Of a DNA stretch of 64,000 bases, positions 39,980 through 52,468 are shown piece after piece. Where the stretch lies: assembly GCA_951406725.2 (NCBI GenBank), contig OX597817.1, forward strand, positions 49,414,001 to 49,478,000, given 5' to 3'. A program made the translations under genes and the position numbers. This DNA is from Octopus vulgaris (Eukaryota). Numbering within the stretch: the stretch's first letter is position 1; each line of letters opens with the position of its first letter. The notes beneath the pieces were generated by a model. It made no database searches. It saw only the letters and a program-made list of their open reading frames with translations, and was not told the DNA's origin.

Positions 39980-40825
39980 ATATACTTACACAATATTACC
40001 ACGGGTATCTGTAAGTAATTCAATGCAGCTATTTGCAGACAAGAAAGCTTAGGTGAAAGTATTTATTACCTGGACGACAATAGAGATTGTATAACGCTAA
40101 TAGTAAGATATTAACTCGCTAGGTACACTCCGATAACCTATGTCAAGAAAATAGCTACGAATATCGCTTGATTGGTAGTTCATGTCAACGTTGAGATATC
40201 CATCTACGTATATTTCTATAGTCTGACAACCTACGTCACGAAATTAGTATGGAAAATCGTTTGATTTGCAATTTAAATTTACCCTTTTGATTGCTGTGTG
40301 TGTTGTTTGTATCTAGACCGAAGGACAAAAAACCCGATTCACTACTTACAAGGAATTTGAAATCAACAAATAAATAATACTTTGATTAATTGATCACTGT
40401 TAGTTTTTACAGACTTCTCGTCGTGGCAATTCTAATTGCAACAAATATTTCCAAAGATTTCCGAAAGTAATTTCATTCACAAAATATCAAAAGGATTATT
40501 TGTCTTTTGATTCCATTTTGCAGAAACTTTGCTCCTTGGCTGTGGTTAACAAGTTCGCTTTCTAACCACATGGTTTCGAGTTCGGTTCCATTGCGCAACA
40601 CCTTGGGCAATTATCTTCTACTAGAGCTCCCGATCAAGTACTACCTCCTGAGTGGATTTAGTCGATGGAAACAGTACGGAAGCCCGTCTTATATATGCGT
40701 GTTTGTCTTCATTTTTGCCTTTTTTTGTCCCCACCCTGTGCTTGGCAATCAGTATTGGTTTGATTATAGAACGATACAATAAGCACGAGATTTAAAAAAT
40801 AAGCAGTAGGGTTAATTTGTTCGAT

Positions 40826-41320
40826 TAAACCCTTTAACGCCACTGCTTTTAAACCGGCCATATCTGGCACAAATATTCCATCTGTTTTATCTTTAAACCT
40901 GCTAGATCTAGCCTCTCGCACCTACACTACAATGCCACTGTCAACATAAATAATCCCATCACTGAATAAATAATCCCATCTTGCAGCTATAATATATTTT
41001 TCTTTACTACACATAATGGGCTAAACATAGAGGGGACAAACCAGGAGAGACAAAGGGATTAAGTCGATTACATCAACCCCAGTGCGCAACTGGTACTTAG
41101 TTTATCGACCCCGGAAGGATGAAAGGCAAAGTCGACCTCAGCGGAATTTGAACTCGGAACGTAACGACAGACGAAATACGGCTACGCATTTCGCCCGGCG
41201 TGCTAACGTTTCTGCCAGCTCGCCGCCTTATTGCAGCTATAATATAACACGATTCATTCAAACAATAGGAATAAATAAGCATTATATTCAAATCAGTAAT
41301 CCAAATGCTGAAGGGTTCAA
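40826..41320. mobile_element. Possible piggyBac-type MITE inside SINE B
   Basis: TTAA(A)CCCTT start and AAGGGTT end; the SINE B tail resumes immediately afterwards. Confidence 0.45.
40997..41230 (-). mobile_element. SINE family A with 16-bp target duplication
   Basis: TTGCAGCTATAATATA at 40981-40996 and 41231-41246. Confidence 0.9.
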
Positions 41321-42114
41321 GCGGCACTCCAGCATGGCCGAAGTCCAATGACTGAAACAAGTGAAAGAAATCAAAAGATTACTGCAAAGGAAGTTATTAT
41401 CACAAGTGTATTGTGCAGCAATGTGGTTGTTTGTTGCTGCAGGCTTTATAAAACATTGCTGTCAGTGTGTATAACTACTGCACAACATCAGACCTTCTTC
41501 AGTCCTATGGACCACACAGCAGAATATTTTCTCAGCAAACAAACGACACATGTAGTAAAAAAAAAAAGAAAAACGAAACAAAATAAAGAGAGATAAAATA
41601 ATATAAAATAAAATAAAATAAAACTGACCCATTTCCTTCAACAAAATATGACAGAAACATTTAGTTGATAAGTTGTACAGCATTTTAACATTTCAGATTG
41701 ATATATAACTTTGAGAAGGGTTGAAGTTTTAAACTAATATTAAGGACAATGCAATCGTTATCTGTATTGAGGCTTGCAGAGTTTTCAAACCGCGAAACCA
41801 ACGAAAATTACTAGCCACGTTTTGCTCTGAATAAAGGGTATACAAGCCGGCTTCGATAATAGCCTCACCCTAATACGACCTCTAATTAGTTGATGTACGT
41901 TTTATTTATATTTCTTAGAAATCGTCACACAGTACAGTAAAAACCAGATATATCATAGTTTAACCCCTCCTTCATCTGATAGAAACCAGATTTTCATCAG
42001 CGGTTGAATGAGACCACACTTTTTGAAACACACATATTTATACGCACACACACGCGCGCATCTATATATATAATTACAGAAACATAGACAACCGTGCATG
42101 TATGTTTTGTGTGT

Positions 42115-42487
42115 GTGTATGTATGTATGTATGTATGTATGTATGTATAAAACGCTTACATGTGAATATAAATAAGAATTCATTCATGCCTACATTGAAC
42201 CACACACACACACACACACACATACATACATACATACATACATACATACATACATACATACATACATACATACATACATACATACATAGAAATATATGTG
42301 AGCATACGAACAATAATACATGAATCTGCAGGAGAAAGAAGAAGAAGAAGAAGAAGAAGAAGAAGAAGAAGAAGAAGAAGAAGAAGAAGAAGAAAAAGAA
42401 GAAAAAGAAGAAGACAACTAGTGAAGAAGAAGAAGAAGAAGAAGAAGAAGAAGAAGAAGAAGAAGAAGAAGAAGAAGAAGAAGAAGA
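42115..42487. repeat. (TATG)n, (CA)n(TACA)n and (GAA)n tracts
   Basis: Direct reading. Confidence 0.9.
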
Positions 42488-43456
42488 ATCCTTATCATAG
42501 GGAGACCACTGCCTGAAGATTTTCCTGCTAACCTTAATGTATCTTTGACAAGATCAGATCCCCTGTAATCACATTTTAAATTAACGCTTAAAAACTTAAT
42601 TATCTACCGAACTGGAATTGATCCCGCTAAATTCATTTTCTCCTGTTTCTTCTTCTTCATCTTCTTCATCTTCTTCCCGCCCTCAATAATTTCGGCGCGC
42701 CTCACCACTCGGCTATACTAACATCCGATGAGACGTCAACGTAAAGCTTTTTGAGGGTCTTTTTATTTTTGTGTACGTGTTTTAAGTTTTAAAGTTATTA
42801 ATATAACCTTAGTGAATAAACGCTTGTCTCAACGCGTAACCTTAGATTCCGCCAAGTTTCCTTTGATAACAGCTGATGTAATAGTTCTTATTTCCTCATA
42901 GTCACAGCACAACATTACTAAATCCATTAATAATACTGCCTCGTCTAACCATCATACAACGCCATTCATAATTATAAAGCCATGTTTATTCTACCAGTGA
43001 GTGAGAGGTCATTGATATCAAAATGGTGTTCGAGTAAACTTTATGTATATATATTTTGTATATTAAATATATAGCTTATTTTATTTCGTTTTATTTATTG
43101 CGAGATAGCGTGGCGGAGATTCTAAAAGAGAGGAATAATTGAGAATAATTGCAGGTCAGACAGCAAGAGATAAATTAGTTATAAACGTTTTGGTTGTCTG
43201 TAGCCCTACTGACTTGTGTATTGTGAGTTCGTTTCACGCCGCTGGCGATATTACATTTTCCTGAGGAAACTCAACCTGTTAAACAGTTTACGTCTAATTA
43301 TGAATAAATTACTTTATTATGCTAATAGATGGGTAGATAACACCGATAGAAACTAAATAAAATAGCAATGATTATATATGATTTAATCTTATACTGGTTA
43401 CGAGAAAATTAACCACCACCGTAAGGCGGTGGTGACGGAAAAAAAAAACACAACAC

Positions 43457-43874
43457 TGATCTTTTCGGTTTGAGCGGCAGTTTTTAAAAATAATTTCCAC
43501 GCAACTAAACACTTTTAAACTTCGTATACTGGTAGAAAGTGTTTATAAAACATATTTTTCTCTTGGCTTTATTGAGAAAATTCTATAGTTTGTAAGATAT
43601 TTGGGGTTTTTTTTCTTCAATTTCTGCAATTTCAACCAATCAATGACGTCTATTGAGGTGAAAACATTCTGTGCCGTATGAATATGTCCCTCGTTTAAGA
43701 AACAGATTGGGTTTATTTACATTTGTGAAGAAAAAAAAGATACCCTTTCCCCCACCCCTAACCCTAACCCTTAATTAGATTGAAAAGCAATAGATCGATA
43801 CTAGGGTCATAATTATGGGTGACAATTTCATATGACACCGCTAGAAAAAACTGCCGTTCAAACCGAAAAGATCC
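43457..43874. mobile_element. MITE with ~28-bp TIRs and 8-bp target duplication
   Basis: GATCTTTTCGGTTTGAGCGGCAGTTTTT and AAAAACTGCCGTTCAAACCGAAAAGATC; CACAACAC at 43449-43456 and 43875-43882. Confidence 0.85.
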
Positions 43875-44185
43875 CACAACACAAACACTATCCTACAGAT
43901 GCACTTTCACATCAAACTTTCTATCACAGGAATACGTTATTTTTACATAATACTTTTCTTGCAAGCTCGCTTGCTATGCTGTGCTGGGGAGACATCTACC
44001 GAACTGATTTGCTTCTAGCTGATCTGAAAATGGCAAATGAAGAGACACACAGAAAAATTTGCAACGCATGGATCGATACATATGACTGTCGGAGTATCGG
44101 CAGAATAAAATGTTGCCTTCCAGTAAGTAAATCAAGATCTCAATGCTGCAGCAGGGATTGTGTTGTTTCAATATTTCGTACGTTT

Positions 44186-44602
44186 AGGGCGGTGAGCCCG
44201 CAGAAACGTTAGCACGCCGGGCGAAATGCATAGCCGTATTTCGTCTGCCGTTACGTTCCGAGTTCAAATTCCGCCGAGGTCGACTTTGCCTTTCATCCTT
44301 TCGGGGTCAATTAAATAAGTACCAGTTAAGCACTGGGGTTGATGTAATCGACTTAATCTGTTTGTCTGTCCTTGTTTGTCCTCCCTGTGTTTAGCCCCTT
44401 GTGGGTAGTAAAGAAATAGGTATTTCGTCAGCCGTTACGTTCTGAGTTCAAATTCCGCCCTGGTCGACTTTGCTTTTCATCCTCTCGGGGTCTATAAATT
44501 ACCAGTTACGCACTGGGGTCGATGATGTAATCGACTTAATTCCTTTGTCTGTCCTTGTTTGTCCCCTCTGTGTTTAGCCCCTGTGGGCAATAAAGAAATA
44601 GT
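44186..44602 (+). mobile_element. SINE family A dimer
   Basis: Head plus two bodies; imperfect flanking duplication TATTTCG(T/C)AC(G/A)TTT. Confidence 0.85.
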
Positions 44603-44799
44603 TATTTCGCACATTTGAACCAGTCCAATGAAGAGAAATAAATAAAATAAATAATAACATACTATGGATAATGTAGTGTAGCTAAGAACGGAAAATATAA
44701 GAAATAAAACATTATATATTGTCTTAAAATGGCGGCGAACTGGCAGAAATGCTAGCCGGCATTGATCAATCGAAGACGCGCGCTCCTTTAATATTACAA

Positions 44800-45172
44800 T
44801 ACTCCAACACACACAACCAATGTGCCCAAGCTCAAACTTGAGAAACTTGAGGCACCAGAAGTATTGCCTCATCCTACCTACAGTCCAGATCCTACACCCT
44901 CAAATTACAAGCTCTTCCGAGCCTCGGCCCATTTCCTGCACCGACGAAGGGTGAACAACGTGGATGATGTTGAAAACGGTTGCGGGGAGTTTTTTTGCCA
45001 ATAAACCACCCAAATGGTATAAACGTGGAATTGAGCTTCTGGCACAACGATAGTAACAGACAATAGAATATGATGGAATATATTTTGATGAATAAACGCT
45101 TTTCGTATGTAATTTGTCTAAATTATTAATTAAAGCTTTAAATATGAAAAAAAAAACTTTTCATTCAGCCTA
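44800..45172 (+). pseudogene. Mariner 3' fragment (transposase C-terminus and probable right TIR)
   Basis: EVLPHPTYSPDPTPSNYKLFR, then after a frameshift WYKRGIELLAQR and IEYDGIYFDE*. Confidence 0.8.
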
Positions 45173-45502
45173 GTGCTGCAAACAGATCGCTGGTGCTGGT
45201 TGACAGAGGTTCTACTTACCTCTTACATTCATAAAAGTTAAGGGCCAAAACGCTTGCGTGAATGGGGTTTCTCTTCTGCAGTCCTTCTTCTTTTCAGTTC
45301 TCTTGAGAGATTCTTACCACTAAAACTTAAAATACTTTTGACTCCACCTGATATATAACGCCTACATCCAGGTGTTGTAATGAGGTTGCTGATGCTGCTT
45401 GACAGAGATGCTGTTTACTTCTTATTTTCATAGCAATAAGAATCTCTGTTGAGAATCAACATCGTTTCTCATCGTTTCTTTATTCCATCGCATAAACTCT
45501 GG

Positions 45503-45598
45503 GAAGAAGAAGAAGAAGAAGAAGAAGAAGAAGAAGAAGAAGAAGAAGAAGAAGAAGAAGAAGAAGAAGAAGAAGAAGAAGAAGAAGAAGAAGAAGAA
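45503..45598. repeat. (GAA)n microsatellite
   Basis: Direct reading. Confidence 0.95.
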
Positions 45599-45710
45599 AG
45601 CTTGTGAAGAGATTGATGAATCCAAGCAACGCGATATCCCAATTAATAGAAAAGGAATAAAAACGGGTCGGCTTTATAGGAAAAGAAATGGAGTTGGAAT
45701 TTTATGTCGT

Positions 45711-46319
45711 TTTGTGTGTGTGTGTGAGTGTGTGTATGTGTAAGGGGTGTTGGTGTATATACGTATGTGTGTGTTTATGTGTGGCATGGTGTGTGTATGT
45801 ACGCGCGTGTATATGTGTGTACATATATATATATATAAATGCGTAGATTTGCATGTTGTGTGTGTCTGGGCGTGTATGTGTATATTTGTTTGAGTGTAGT
45901 TGCGTGCATGTGTGTATTTGCATGCGTGTGTTTGCGTGTGTATGTGTGCACGTGTATTTCTGTGTTTGCGTGTGTGTGTATGTGTGTATGTGTGCGCGTG
46001 TATTTGTGTTTGCGTGTGTGTATATGCGTATTTGCATGCGTGTGTTTGCATGTGTATGTGTGCACGTGTATTTCTGTGTTTGCATGTGTATGTATGTGTG
46101 TATGTGCGTATTTGCATGCGTGTGTTTGCGTGTGTATGTGTGCACGTGTATTTCTGTGTTTGCGCGCGCGTATGTGTATGAGTGTGTGTGTGTGATACGT
46201 GCTTGATTCGTGTGTTTGCGTGTATGTGTATGTATGTGTGTGTGTGTGTGTTGAGTTTTGTGCGTGAGTGTGCGTTTGATACGTGCGTTTGTGCTCGTGC
46301 ATTTGTGCACACACACGTA

Positions 46320-46350
<31 letters not shown>
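45711..46350. repeat. Degenerate (GT)n array with a triplicated ~55-bp block
   Basis: GTATTTGCATGCGTGTGTTTGC..GTGCACGTGTATTTCTGTGTTTGC at ~45914, ~46028 and ~46108. Confidence 0.85.
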
Positions 46351-46352
<2 letters not shown>

Positions 46353-46927
46353 TGTAGTACATGCGTGTTTTCGCTCGTGTGCGCGTAGCGGTAGATTTCT
46401 TTCTGCGATGATAGACGTTGGGCATTTTCCCCTTTTCTCTTCTTCCTTTTTCTTTGTGGTAAAAATTGTTCTCTTTTTGTTTTTTCTGCAAACCGAGGTT
46501 GATTATACGAAGAAGGGTTACGGCATGGGGGTTGTTTTCGTTTAAAATAGAATCACAGAACAAATGTCTTTCATTTAAATTACTTTTTGGTGACATCTTT
46601 GCTAAATATCAGCTCACTGGCATTTGTTATGTAGGCCATCGTCTGCAATATAAACTCTTTCTCCTGCCAAATTAGTTTTACGCCGCCCTTGCACCACCAC
46701 CACCGCCGCCTCTCCACCTCTTCCAATTTGCTTCCACCTTCAGAGCCTATATTTCTTTTTTTCTTTTTCTCGAAGTATTATGTAAACTATATAGTACCAC
46801 TGACGTTGTTGTTATTGTTGTTGCTGTTTTGTAATAGTTCCGACTGTAATAGTTGTTACTGGAGGTGGCAGTGTTAATCCTATAGCCGCTATTGTTCCAT
46901 GTTAATTACTATTGTCGTTGTGGATGA

Positions 46928-47528
46928 AGGAGGCGAGCTGGCAGAAGCGTTAGTACGCCGGGCGAAATGCGTAGCCGTATTTCGCCTGCCCTTACGTTCT
47001 GAGTCCAAATTCCTGCCGAGGTTGACTTTGCCTTTCATCCTTTCGGGGTTGATAAATTAAGTACCAGTTACACACTGGGGTCGATATAATCAACTTAATC
47101 CGTTCGTCCGTCCTTGTTTGTCCCCTCTGTGTTTAGCCCCTTGTGGGTTGTAAAGAAATAGGTATTTCGTCTGTCGTTACGTTCTGAGTTCAAATTCCGC
47201 CAAGGTCGACTTTGCCTTTCATCCTTTCGGGGTCGATAAATTAAGTACCAGTTACACACTGGGGTCGATGTAGTCGACTTAATCCGTTTGTCTGTCCTTG
47301 TTTGTCCCCTCTATGTTTAGCCCCTTGTGGGTAGTAAAGAAATAGGTAGTTCGTCTGCAGTTACATTCTGAGTTCAAATTCCGCCGAGGTCGACTTTGCC
47401 TTTCATCCTTTCGGGGTTGATAAATAAAGTACCAGTTTCGCCCTGGGGTCGATGTAGTCGACTTAATCCGTTTGTCTGTCCTTGTTTGTCCCCTCTATGT
47501 TTAGCCCCTTGTGGGCAGTAAAGAAATA
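46928..47528 (+). mobile_element. SINE family A trimer inside one target duplication
   Basis: One head, three bodies; TATTGTCGTTGTGG at 46910-46923 and 47529-47542. Confidence 0.9.
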
Positions 47529-47763
47529 TATTGTCGTTGTGGTTGATGTCAAGAGGGAAGAGGCGGAGATGTTACTGCCGTTCTTGCAGTTGTTGTTGTT
47601 GTTGTTGTTACAACTACTGCCGCTGCTGCTGTTGTTTTTAGCGTTTTTCTTATTCAATGCGAAAGCTTGTCCTGTGCAAGAAATCGGTAATCGTTCCGTC
47701 ATTTTACGATCTGAGTTCAAATCTCGCCGTGTTGGACAAAAATTCGTTGCAGCATTTCTTCCG

Positions 47764-47845
47764 TTCATTATTTACATTTGACGGATATTTGTCCTCATCT
47801 TGTTTGTTGATCTTATTCCGAAGGTATTTTTCGATGTTGTTGTTG

Positions 47846-47898
<53 letters not shown>

Positions 47899-48004
47899 GT
47901 TCAGGTCACTGCTTGGAATCAAACTTGGAATCTTAGGGTTAGTAGCCCCCGCTCTTAACCACTACGCCATATGCCCGTAAACATATGACGTAGTGGTTAA
48001 GAGC

Positions 48005-48059
<55 letters not shown>

Positions 48060-48241
48060 TCGAAAAATACCTTAGGAATGAGGACCCAGGTTCGAAATTT
48101 CCCCAAGACACCTGATGGAGGCTGGAGGGTATATCAGCTGAAACGTTGTGTTAACAACAAACAAGATGAAGACAAATATCCGTCAAATGTAAATAATGTA
48201 AATAATGTACATAATCCCTTACCTCTTAAATATAGAACTGT
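47764..48241. mobile_element. Head-to-head dimer of a tRNA-headed, hammerhead-bearing short element
   Basis: Inverted arms, tRNA-like head on the minus strand at 47901-47976, hammerhead at 48108-48151, ATTTCTTCCG at 47754-47763 and 48242-48251. Confidence 0.7.
48108..48151 (+). ncRNA. Hammerhead motif (family H5)
   Basis: ACAC-CTGATGG-A-GGCTG(GAGGGTATAT)CAGCT-GAAAC-GTT-GTGT; A9 replaced by G. Confidence 0.6.
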
Positions 48242-48360
48242 ATTTCTTCCGCTTTTTTTTACGTTCTAAGTTGAAATCCTGATTCGAAAATCCAACATTT
48301 CGGAGAAAAATCCTTCTTCAGAGCAAAGTTGGCGGGAGAAATTAAAGAGTGGCACTAGAG

Positions 48361-48571
48361 CAGTGTTTCTCAATCATTTCTTGCCTCTGGAACCCTTGGA
48401 TTCCTATTTTATTCATACCCTGTCAATGCTTAAAAAAATCTTATATTTTTATAATTAAATATTAGGAATTGTATAAGAATGTTAAAACATTTTGTGCATA
48501 GTAGAAATATCGCCAATTTATTGCTCATGAACTTAAGAAAACCTTATATGGACCCCGGTTGAGAACCACTG
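48361..48571. mobile_element. hAT (Charlie-like) MITE
   Basis: TIRs CAGTGTTTCTCAA and TTGAGAACCACTG; target duplication only partly conserved. Confidence 0.7.
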
Positions 48572-49065
48572 AGTGAGAGTTTTACATCATCTCGTATAAG
48601 AAACACATACAGAATTTTATGTCTCGCTTTTCGTGAAGACCGTTAACGATATAAATGAACAGATAGGACTTTAACCGAAAAATGAAACAGCGTAGGGTAA
48701 TAAAATTCTCCCTCTTTTGATAACCTCTCTATTCTACTTTACAAAGCCAGCCATGTTTAATACATAAAGCGCAACGAGCAACGATAGTGGCCGTCAGGCA
48801 CAGGTTGACAGGCCACGATCGCGGCCCAGATACATGCATTTAATTTATGGGCGTTTGTTGGGGATCTAATGTCACTCAAACACTCTGATACCCCCAGAAT
48901 GCAAGAGGACTAATAGTTCAACTAATGACTTTTCAGATGATGTAAAACTTGCCACCATTATATACTTAGAAGATATTTTAACTATTTTTTGTTTTTTTAT
49001 GTGTGCATCGTAGTCTCATTTTTCATAGTGTGCATCTCATTTTTATATGTGCATCGTAGTCTCAT

Positions 49066-49370
49066 GTGAAGGTGCATGGCTCAGTGGTTAGAGCATCGAG
49101 CTTACGATCGTGAGGTTGTGAGTTTGAATCCCGGACCGGGCTACGTGTTGTGTTCTTGAGTAAGACACTTTATTTCACGTTGTTCCAGTTCACTCAGCTG
49201 TAGAAATGAGTTGCGCGTCGTCACAGGTGCCAAGCTGTATCGGCCCCTTTCCCTTTCCCTTGGATACCATTTGTAGTGTGGAGAAGGGAAGCCGGTATGC
49301 ATGGACGACTGCTAGTCTTCCATAAACAACCTTGCCCGGACTTGTGTCTGGGAGGGTAACTTTCTATGTG
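49066..49370 (+). mobile_element. SINE with family D head and CORE-like part but a different tail
   Basis: TGGCTCAGTGG, GAGTTTGAATCC, GTTGTGTTCTTGAGTAAGACACTTTATTTCACG; diverges from D after AAATGAGTTG. Confidence 0.75.
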
Positions 49371-49810
49371 CAATCTCATAAAATGTGCTCAGCAGTCCAT
49401 GCTATGTAAGCGCAAATCGCCGCGCTTTATGGATTAAAATAAGGATACAATGGATTTTATTAAATCCAGTAAATGCTTAATACTCATATTACTAACCGAG
49501 TTTCTTACTTTTTATGTTTAAATTTATCTGAGGTAGACTCTGCCTTTCATCCATCCGGGGTCAATAAAGTTAAATACCGATTAAGAACTGAGATCGACGT
49601 AATCGACCAATTTCCTTCTTCTTGGGTCTAAGTTCTAGATTCAAATCTTGTCGTGATCAACTTTGTCTTTTATCCACCCTGGGTCGATGTAATAAAGTAC
49701 CAGTTTAGTACAACGGCCGATTTAGTCATCTAACTTTTCACCATCAAAAATGCTGATCTTAGACTTCAGTTTGAAACCGTTTGGCAAAATCGTTACCTCG
49801 CCGGTCAAAA

Positions 49811-50099
49811 TGTTTTCAAGCCTAGCCAGGCTCATGGGCCCGGCTTCCCGGTTTCTGTGGCGTATGAGTTCCAGCTGGATGGGACGCCAGTCCATCGCAG
49901 CGTTACTCAAGAAACAGGAAGAGAAAGAGAGAGTGAAAGAATACAACAGGGGTCGCTACCACCCTCTGTCGGAGCCTCGTAGAGCTTTTAGATGTTTCCG
50001 CTCAATAAACACACACACAACGCCCGGTCGGGGAATCGAGACTGCGATCCTCCGACCGCGAGTCCGCTGCCCTAACCACTGGGCCATTGCGCCTCCACG
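49811..50099 (-). mobile_element. SINE family C, full length
   Basis: Reverse complement of 3768-4066; flanked by the repeat CGGTCAAAATGTTT. Confidence 0.85.
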
Positions 50100-50959
50100 G
50101 TCAAAATGTTTAGCAGCATTTATCCTTGTTCTAAGTTCAAACCCGGGTCAGCTTTGTCTTTCATCATTTCGAGTTTGATAAAAATAAATACCAGCTGAGC
50201 ATCAATGGGGTCAATGTAATCGTCTAACCCCTCATTTAGGAGTGCTGGCCTTGTGCCAAAATTAGAAAGACTTATTTGTCACTGTTGTTAATTCGTTGAC
50301 GTCATCGTTATCCTCATCTTCAATGATGTAGAAAAGGTTCCGTTGCTCTCACGCTTTTTAATTAGTAAAGCTTTTATGTGCAGGAACTCCGTCAGACAGC
50401 TTGGAATCACAGAGAAGAAAACTCAAGATATAACAACGATATTGTAACTTTTTTTCTTTTTTTCGGTTTCTACTTTCATTAATTCATTTTAATTTACGTA
50501 AGAAGAAAGCGTTGTTTCAGGAATTAGAGAAGCAAATATTTCGTAGTGGCACCGGTAACCTTTTCCCAGACTGAAAATATTAATAATTAAATGGCAAGAA
50601 ATTGATCTCAAAAACCTAATTGTTTATTTTATGTATTTAATTTTATTTTGTCCAATTTTCTTCTCTTGTTTTTTTATTCATTTTTTGATAGTTTAGAAAG
50701 CAATTTTCCATTTAATTCATTTCTAAAAATATACACATTAGCGATGGCACCAGTCGTATATTGAGAAATATCTATCAAACACAGAACTTCATTCAAGATA
50801 CGTAAATATAAAAATCCGTTGTATACTGACTAGGTTTTTAAAAATTTTCTTGCTTTTTTTTTGTACTTTATTTTACATTTCTTTTTTGTTTTGTTTTATT
50901 TCTTTTCCAAACAATGAAGATGAATAAGCTAACTAAACAGAGATAATCGTTTTTGATTT

Positions 50960-51570
50960 AAGCGCAAGGCCAACAGGTTCATGGTAAGGGCCAAGTCGAT
51001 TACACCGACCCCAGAGTTCAACTACCATTTATTTTATCGATCCCGAAAGAATAAAAGGCGAAGTCGAACTCGGTGGAATTTGAACTCATAGACGGACGAA
51101 ATACCTATTTCTTTACTACCCACAAGGAGCTAAACACAGAGAGGACAAACAAGGACAGACAAACGGATTAAGTGGATTATATTGGCCCCAGTGCGCAACT
51201 GGTACTTATTTAATCGACCCCGAAAGGATGAAAGGCAAAGTCGACCTCGGTGGAATTTGAACTCAGAACTCATAGACGGACGAAATACCGCTAAGCATTT
51301 TGCCCGGTGTGTTAACGATTCTGCCAGCTCACCGCTTTAACAAAACAGAGATGATTTCTGACTTAACTATAAGGCCAGCAATTTTGAGGGAAATTGGAAG
51401 TAGTCGATACTATCGACCCCAGTACTTGACTGGTACTTGATTTTATCGATCACAAAAGGAAGAAAAGCAAAGTTAACTACCACGGGATTTGAACTCAGGA
51501 CACAAACATGCCGGAAGAAAAGTCGCAAATTATTTTGTCCGGCGCACTAACGATTCTACCAACTCACTGC
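50960..51570 (-). mobile_element. SINE family A cluster
   Basis: Three family A cores. Confidence 0.75.
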
Positions 51571-52286
51571 CCGGGGTTTCTCATCTTGGCACAAAACCAG
51601 CAAGTTTAGGAGGCGGAGGAGGAGGGAGAAGGAGGAGGGAGAAGGAGGAGGGAGAAGGAGGAGGAGGAGGAGGAGGGAGAAGAAGAAGAAGAAGAAGAAG
51701 AAGAAGAAGAAGAAGAAGAAGAAGAAGAAGAGTTAGTTGATTACATCAACTCCAGTACTTAACTGGTACTTATTTTATCGACTTCGAAAGGAGGCAAGGC
51801 AAAGTTTGCCCTCGGTGGGATAAAAGCGAGAAAAAGAAATGCTATGAGTTTAAAATGCCACCGAGGTTAACTTCGCCTTTTCGAAGTCGATAAAATAGTA
51901 ATTCAGTACCTAGATCGATTCTTTCTTCCTTCCTTCCTTCCTTCCTCCTTTCCTTCCTTTCCTTCTTTCTAGGCGTGACTGTGTGGTAAGAAATTTGCTT
52001 CACAACCACAAGGTTCTGGATTCAGTCCTACAGTATGGTACCTTGGGTAAATGCCTTCTACTATACCCTCGGGCGACCAAAACCTTGTGAGTGGATTTGG
52101 TAGACAGAAACTTTACGAAAGCCCGTTGTGTGTATGAATATATATATATATATATATATATTAATAGTAATAGTATGACAACAAAAGAATGAAAGAGACC
52201 TCGATATTATGTAAATAGAGAGATTTATCTGTAATATGTGACAATTATTCAGTTGCCATAATAAAAAATGCATTTTTGTTTGTCTA

Positions 52287-52347
52287 AATAACTGACGAGA
52301 TGCCGGAGCAGATTTCCACCCCGACATCCGAAACTCGGAGTTTTATT
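52287..52347 (+). ncRNA. Hammerhead motif (family H2)
   Basis: AATAA-CTGACGA-GATGCCGG...CCGACATC-C-GAAAC-TCGGA-GTT-TTATT; lies between inverted repeats within (TA)n. Confidence 0.65.
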
Positions 52348-52381
52348 ATGGCAACCGAATAATCGTCACATATCATATTAC

Positions 52382-52468
<87 letters not shown>

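Noticed and set aside
41965-42005. Minus-strand CTGATGA-stem-GAAG motif
   Set aside because: GAAA box, stem III and cleavage triplet are missing
42720-42750. CCGATGAGACG..CGT hammerhead-like string
   Set aside because: No GAAA box and no stem I partner
43756-43771. Interstitial telomere
   Set aside because: Only about 2.5 CCCTAA units, lying inside a MITE
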